Assembly: GCA_038062115.1 (NCBI GenBank)
Contig: JBBTXS010000007.1
Coordinates: forward strand, 5,448-69,447
Length of the DNA stretch: 64,000 nt
Source of the DNA: Patescibacteria group bacterium
GTDB taxonomy: Bacteria; Patescibacteriota; Microgenomatia; Levybacterales; UBA12049
Reading direction: 5' to 3'
In this document: positions 62,581 to 64,000 of the stretch, piece after piece
How positions within the stretch are numbered: the stretch's first letter is position 1
How the letters are laid out: every line of letters begins with the position of its first letter
The notes under the pieces: model-generated
What the model was told of the DNA's origin: nothing
Database searches by the model: none
What the model saw: only the letters and a program-made list of their open reading frames with translations
Program-made: the position numbers and the translations under genes

Positions 62581-62832
62581 ATGTTATTGAACGAAGCAGA
62601 TAGAAGAGCAGAACTGATTGACCCAAAATTGAAAGGTGCAGACTGGACAGATGAAATTATCCAGCGAGAATTTCAAATCACAGCTGGGAAAGTTAATATA
62701 TTTGGTGATCGTGTAGAGTGGGAAGATAAAAAAATTGCGGATTACCTCCTAACTAACGGTCTATGCCCACCACTTCAGTGGTGGGTTGGTGGGGTACTGT
62801 CCAGTGAAAAAATTAGAAGTATATGTAGTTGA
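62581..62832 (+). pseudogene. N-terminal fragment of a type I/III restriction enzyme R subunit
   Basis: MLLNEADRRAELIDPKLKGADWTDEIIQREFQITAGKV...KIADYLL matches only the HSDR_N-type N-terminus. The ORF then degenerates and stops. Confidence 0.5.
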
Positions 62833-63061
62833 CGCATTTTTAATATTATTTGCGTTCCTATTTTTTAATAAGTCTCAATTTGTTGAATCTTTAACATCCT
62901 TGATTTTGCTGGTAGTTTTATTAAAAATCGATGAGGTTAAAAAACTGCAAAAAGAAACACAACAAGAATTAGAACTTTTAAAACAATCAGTCCTCTATCA
63001 ATCTTTTCAAGGAGAATTAGCAGGTGAAAAGAATAAAGAGAAAGACCAAACCAAAGCTTAA
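62786..63061 (+). pseudogene. possible type I R-M specificity-subunit C-terminal remnant
   Basis: ELELLKQSVLYQSFQGEL resembles the conserved HsdS C-terminal helix (LKQSILQKAF.GEL). Nothing else of the protein is present. Confidence 0.3.
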
Positions 63062-63168
63062 GGTGATTTCCTAGTCCGGATGCTGAGGAAAGAGTTGAAA
63101 GGACATTTGATATGATTTTTGATAAAATTAAAAAGTTACCAAAGTAGTTTACGAATTGGAAGGTTGAT

Positions 63169-63675
63169 ATGAGAAAACACAAAAGGAAGAAAATATTTGC
63201 TTTTATAGATAGTCAAAACTTAAATCTCGGCGTACAATCACAGGGATGGCGGCTCGATTTTGCCAGATTTAGAGTTTATCTAAAGGATAAATATGGTGTA
63301 AGCAAGGTATTTTTATTTATAGGTTTTATTCCCAAATATAAATCCCTTTATACCTTTCTTGAAAAAGCAGGTTATACACTTATTTACAAACCAGTGCTAG
63401 AATCAAAAAAACCTCATAAACCAAAAGGTAATGTCGATGCAGAGCTCGTGCTTCATGCAATGATAGAGTTTCCTAAGTATGATAAAGCGATTATTGTTTC
63501 AGGAGATGGTGATTTTTACTGCCTCATAGAGTATTTATTGAGTAAAAAGAAATTGGAACGGATTATTGTGCCGAATTATTACAAATATTCTGCTCTACTG
63601 AGAAGATTTGGCGAGGATATTGATTTTTTGAATAGTCTTAAAAAGAAGTTAGAACAAAAAAAGGAGGGGCATTAA
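63169..63675 (+). CDS. NYN/LabA-like domain protein
   Basis: IFAFIDSQNLNLG...KGNVDAELVLHAM...AIIVSGDGDFYCL motifs. Confidence 0.75.
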   Translation: MRKHKRKKIFAFIDSQNLNLGVQSQGWRLDFARFRVYLKDKYGVSKVFLFIGFIPKYKSLYTFLEKAGYTLIYKPVLESKKPHKPKGNVDAELVLHAMIEFPKYDKAIIVSGDGDFYCLIEYLLSKKKLERIIVPNYYKYSALLRRFGEDIDFLNSLKKKLEQKKEGH

Positions 63676-63733
63676 CCTTCGGACGAAACCTTAGGCGTGT
63701 CCCCTCATCGTGATTGATACTAATTTACCATAT

Positions 63734-64000
63734 ATGAAACAAAAAGTCAATACTATTAGTAGATTGCTACAGATCGGCTATTTGATTGTAGTAGTTGGAT
63801 TATTCTTATATTCCTTCACCCAAGTTGATCTTAGTTTGACGCTATCTGAATGGTCGATTTGGCAAATAGTGCAAAAGTTTTTTCAGAATATTGGATATTT
63901 CCAAAGACCTCTTTCAACCCTTTTTTATATTGTTATTATTTTGCTGCTTTATATCTTTTATTTTGCATTTCTCTTCTTAGCGCACAAAAAGAAGATCACT
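63734..64000 (+). CDS. membrane protein, N-terminal part (runs off the right edge)
   Basis: Own translation from ATG 63734: MKQKVNTISRLLQIGYLIVVVGLFLYSFTQVDLSLT... Stop-free to the window end. Confidence 0.4.
   Translation, partial: MKQKVNTISRLLQIGYLIVVVGLFLYSFTQVDLSLTLSEWSIWQIVQKFFQNIGYFQRPLSTLFYIVIILLLYIFYFAFLFLAHKKKIT

Overview
This is an AT-rich, gene-dense bacterial window that reads cleanly with the standard genetic code: RF2 is present and TGA is used as a stop. No searches were run. All family calls rest on motifs read from the ORF track and from my own translations.

The gene content suggests a Patescibacteria/CPR (Microgenomates-like) genome, by inference only. Pointers are many small membrane-anchored hypotheticals, an archaeal-type AspRS, a minimal TsaB, a small zinc ribbon, an orphan fabD and many glycosylation genes.

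Gene order, left to right:
- hypothetical secreted and membrane proteins, then prfB and two toxin-antitoxin (TA) loci
- ftsE-ftsX plus an M23 peptidase, then tsaE-tsaC-tsaB
- a roughly 10 kb nucleotide-sugar and glycosyltransferase cluster (rfbA/rfbB/rfbD-like, ugd, gmd, rmd-like, GT2-GtrA, GT39)
- secDF, a third TA locus, an ABC exporter, cca, recJ, aspS, a DD-carboxypeptidase, gltX and dgkA
- a LAGLIDADG endonuclease next to tRNA-Gln, then corA, lon and fabD
- an approximately 8.4 kb integrative island (52.26-60.61 kb) abutting tRNA-Glu
- a PIN/Phd TA pair, a GT2, decayed type I R-M remnants and a NYN protein

Three themes stand out:
1. The island carries a type II R-M system with Vsr, a LexA-like repressor, and a stand-alone reverse transcriptase followed by a Cas4-like PD-(D/E)XK nuclease. 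It also carries a large serine recombinase flanked by a 99-bp perfect inverted repeat. The RT-nuclease module is my best candidate for an undescribed RT-based defence system.
2. The island junctions behave like attL, attR and an inverted attP-like hybrid. Diverged copies of the same end sequences lie downstream of tRNA-Gln.
3. A pervasive family of hairpin repeats with TGTCAT...ATGACA ends has at least 13 copies. One copy is a textbook MITE-type insertion, with a target-site duplication (TSD) and terminal inverted repeats (TIRs), that splits a GIY-YIG gene. Other copies sit in frame inside cca and recJ or reshape gene ends.
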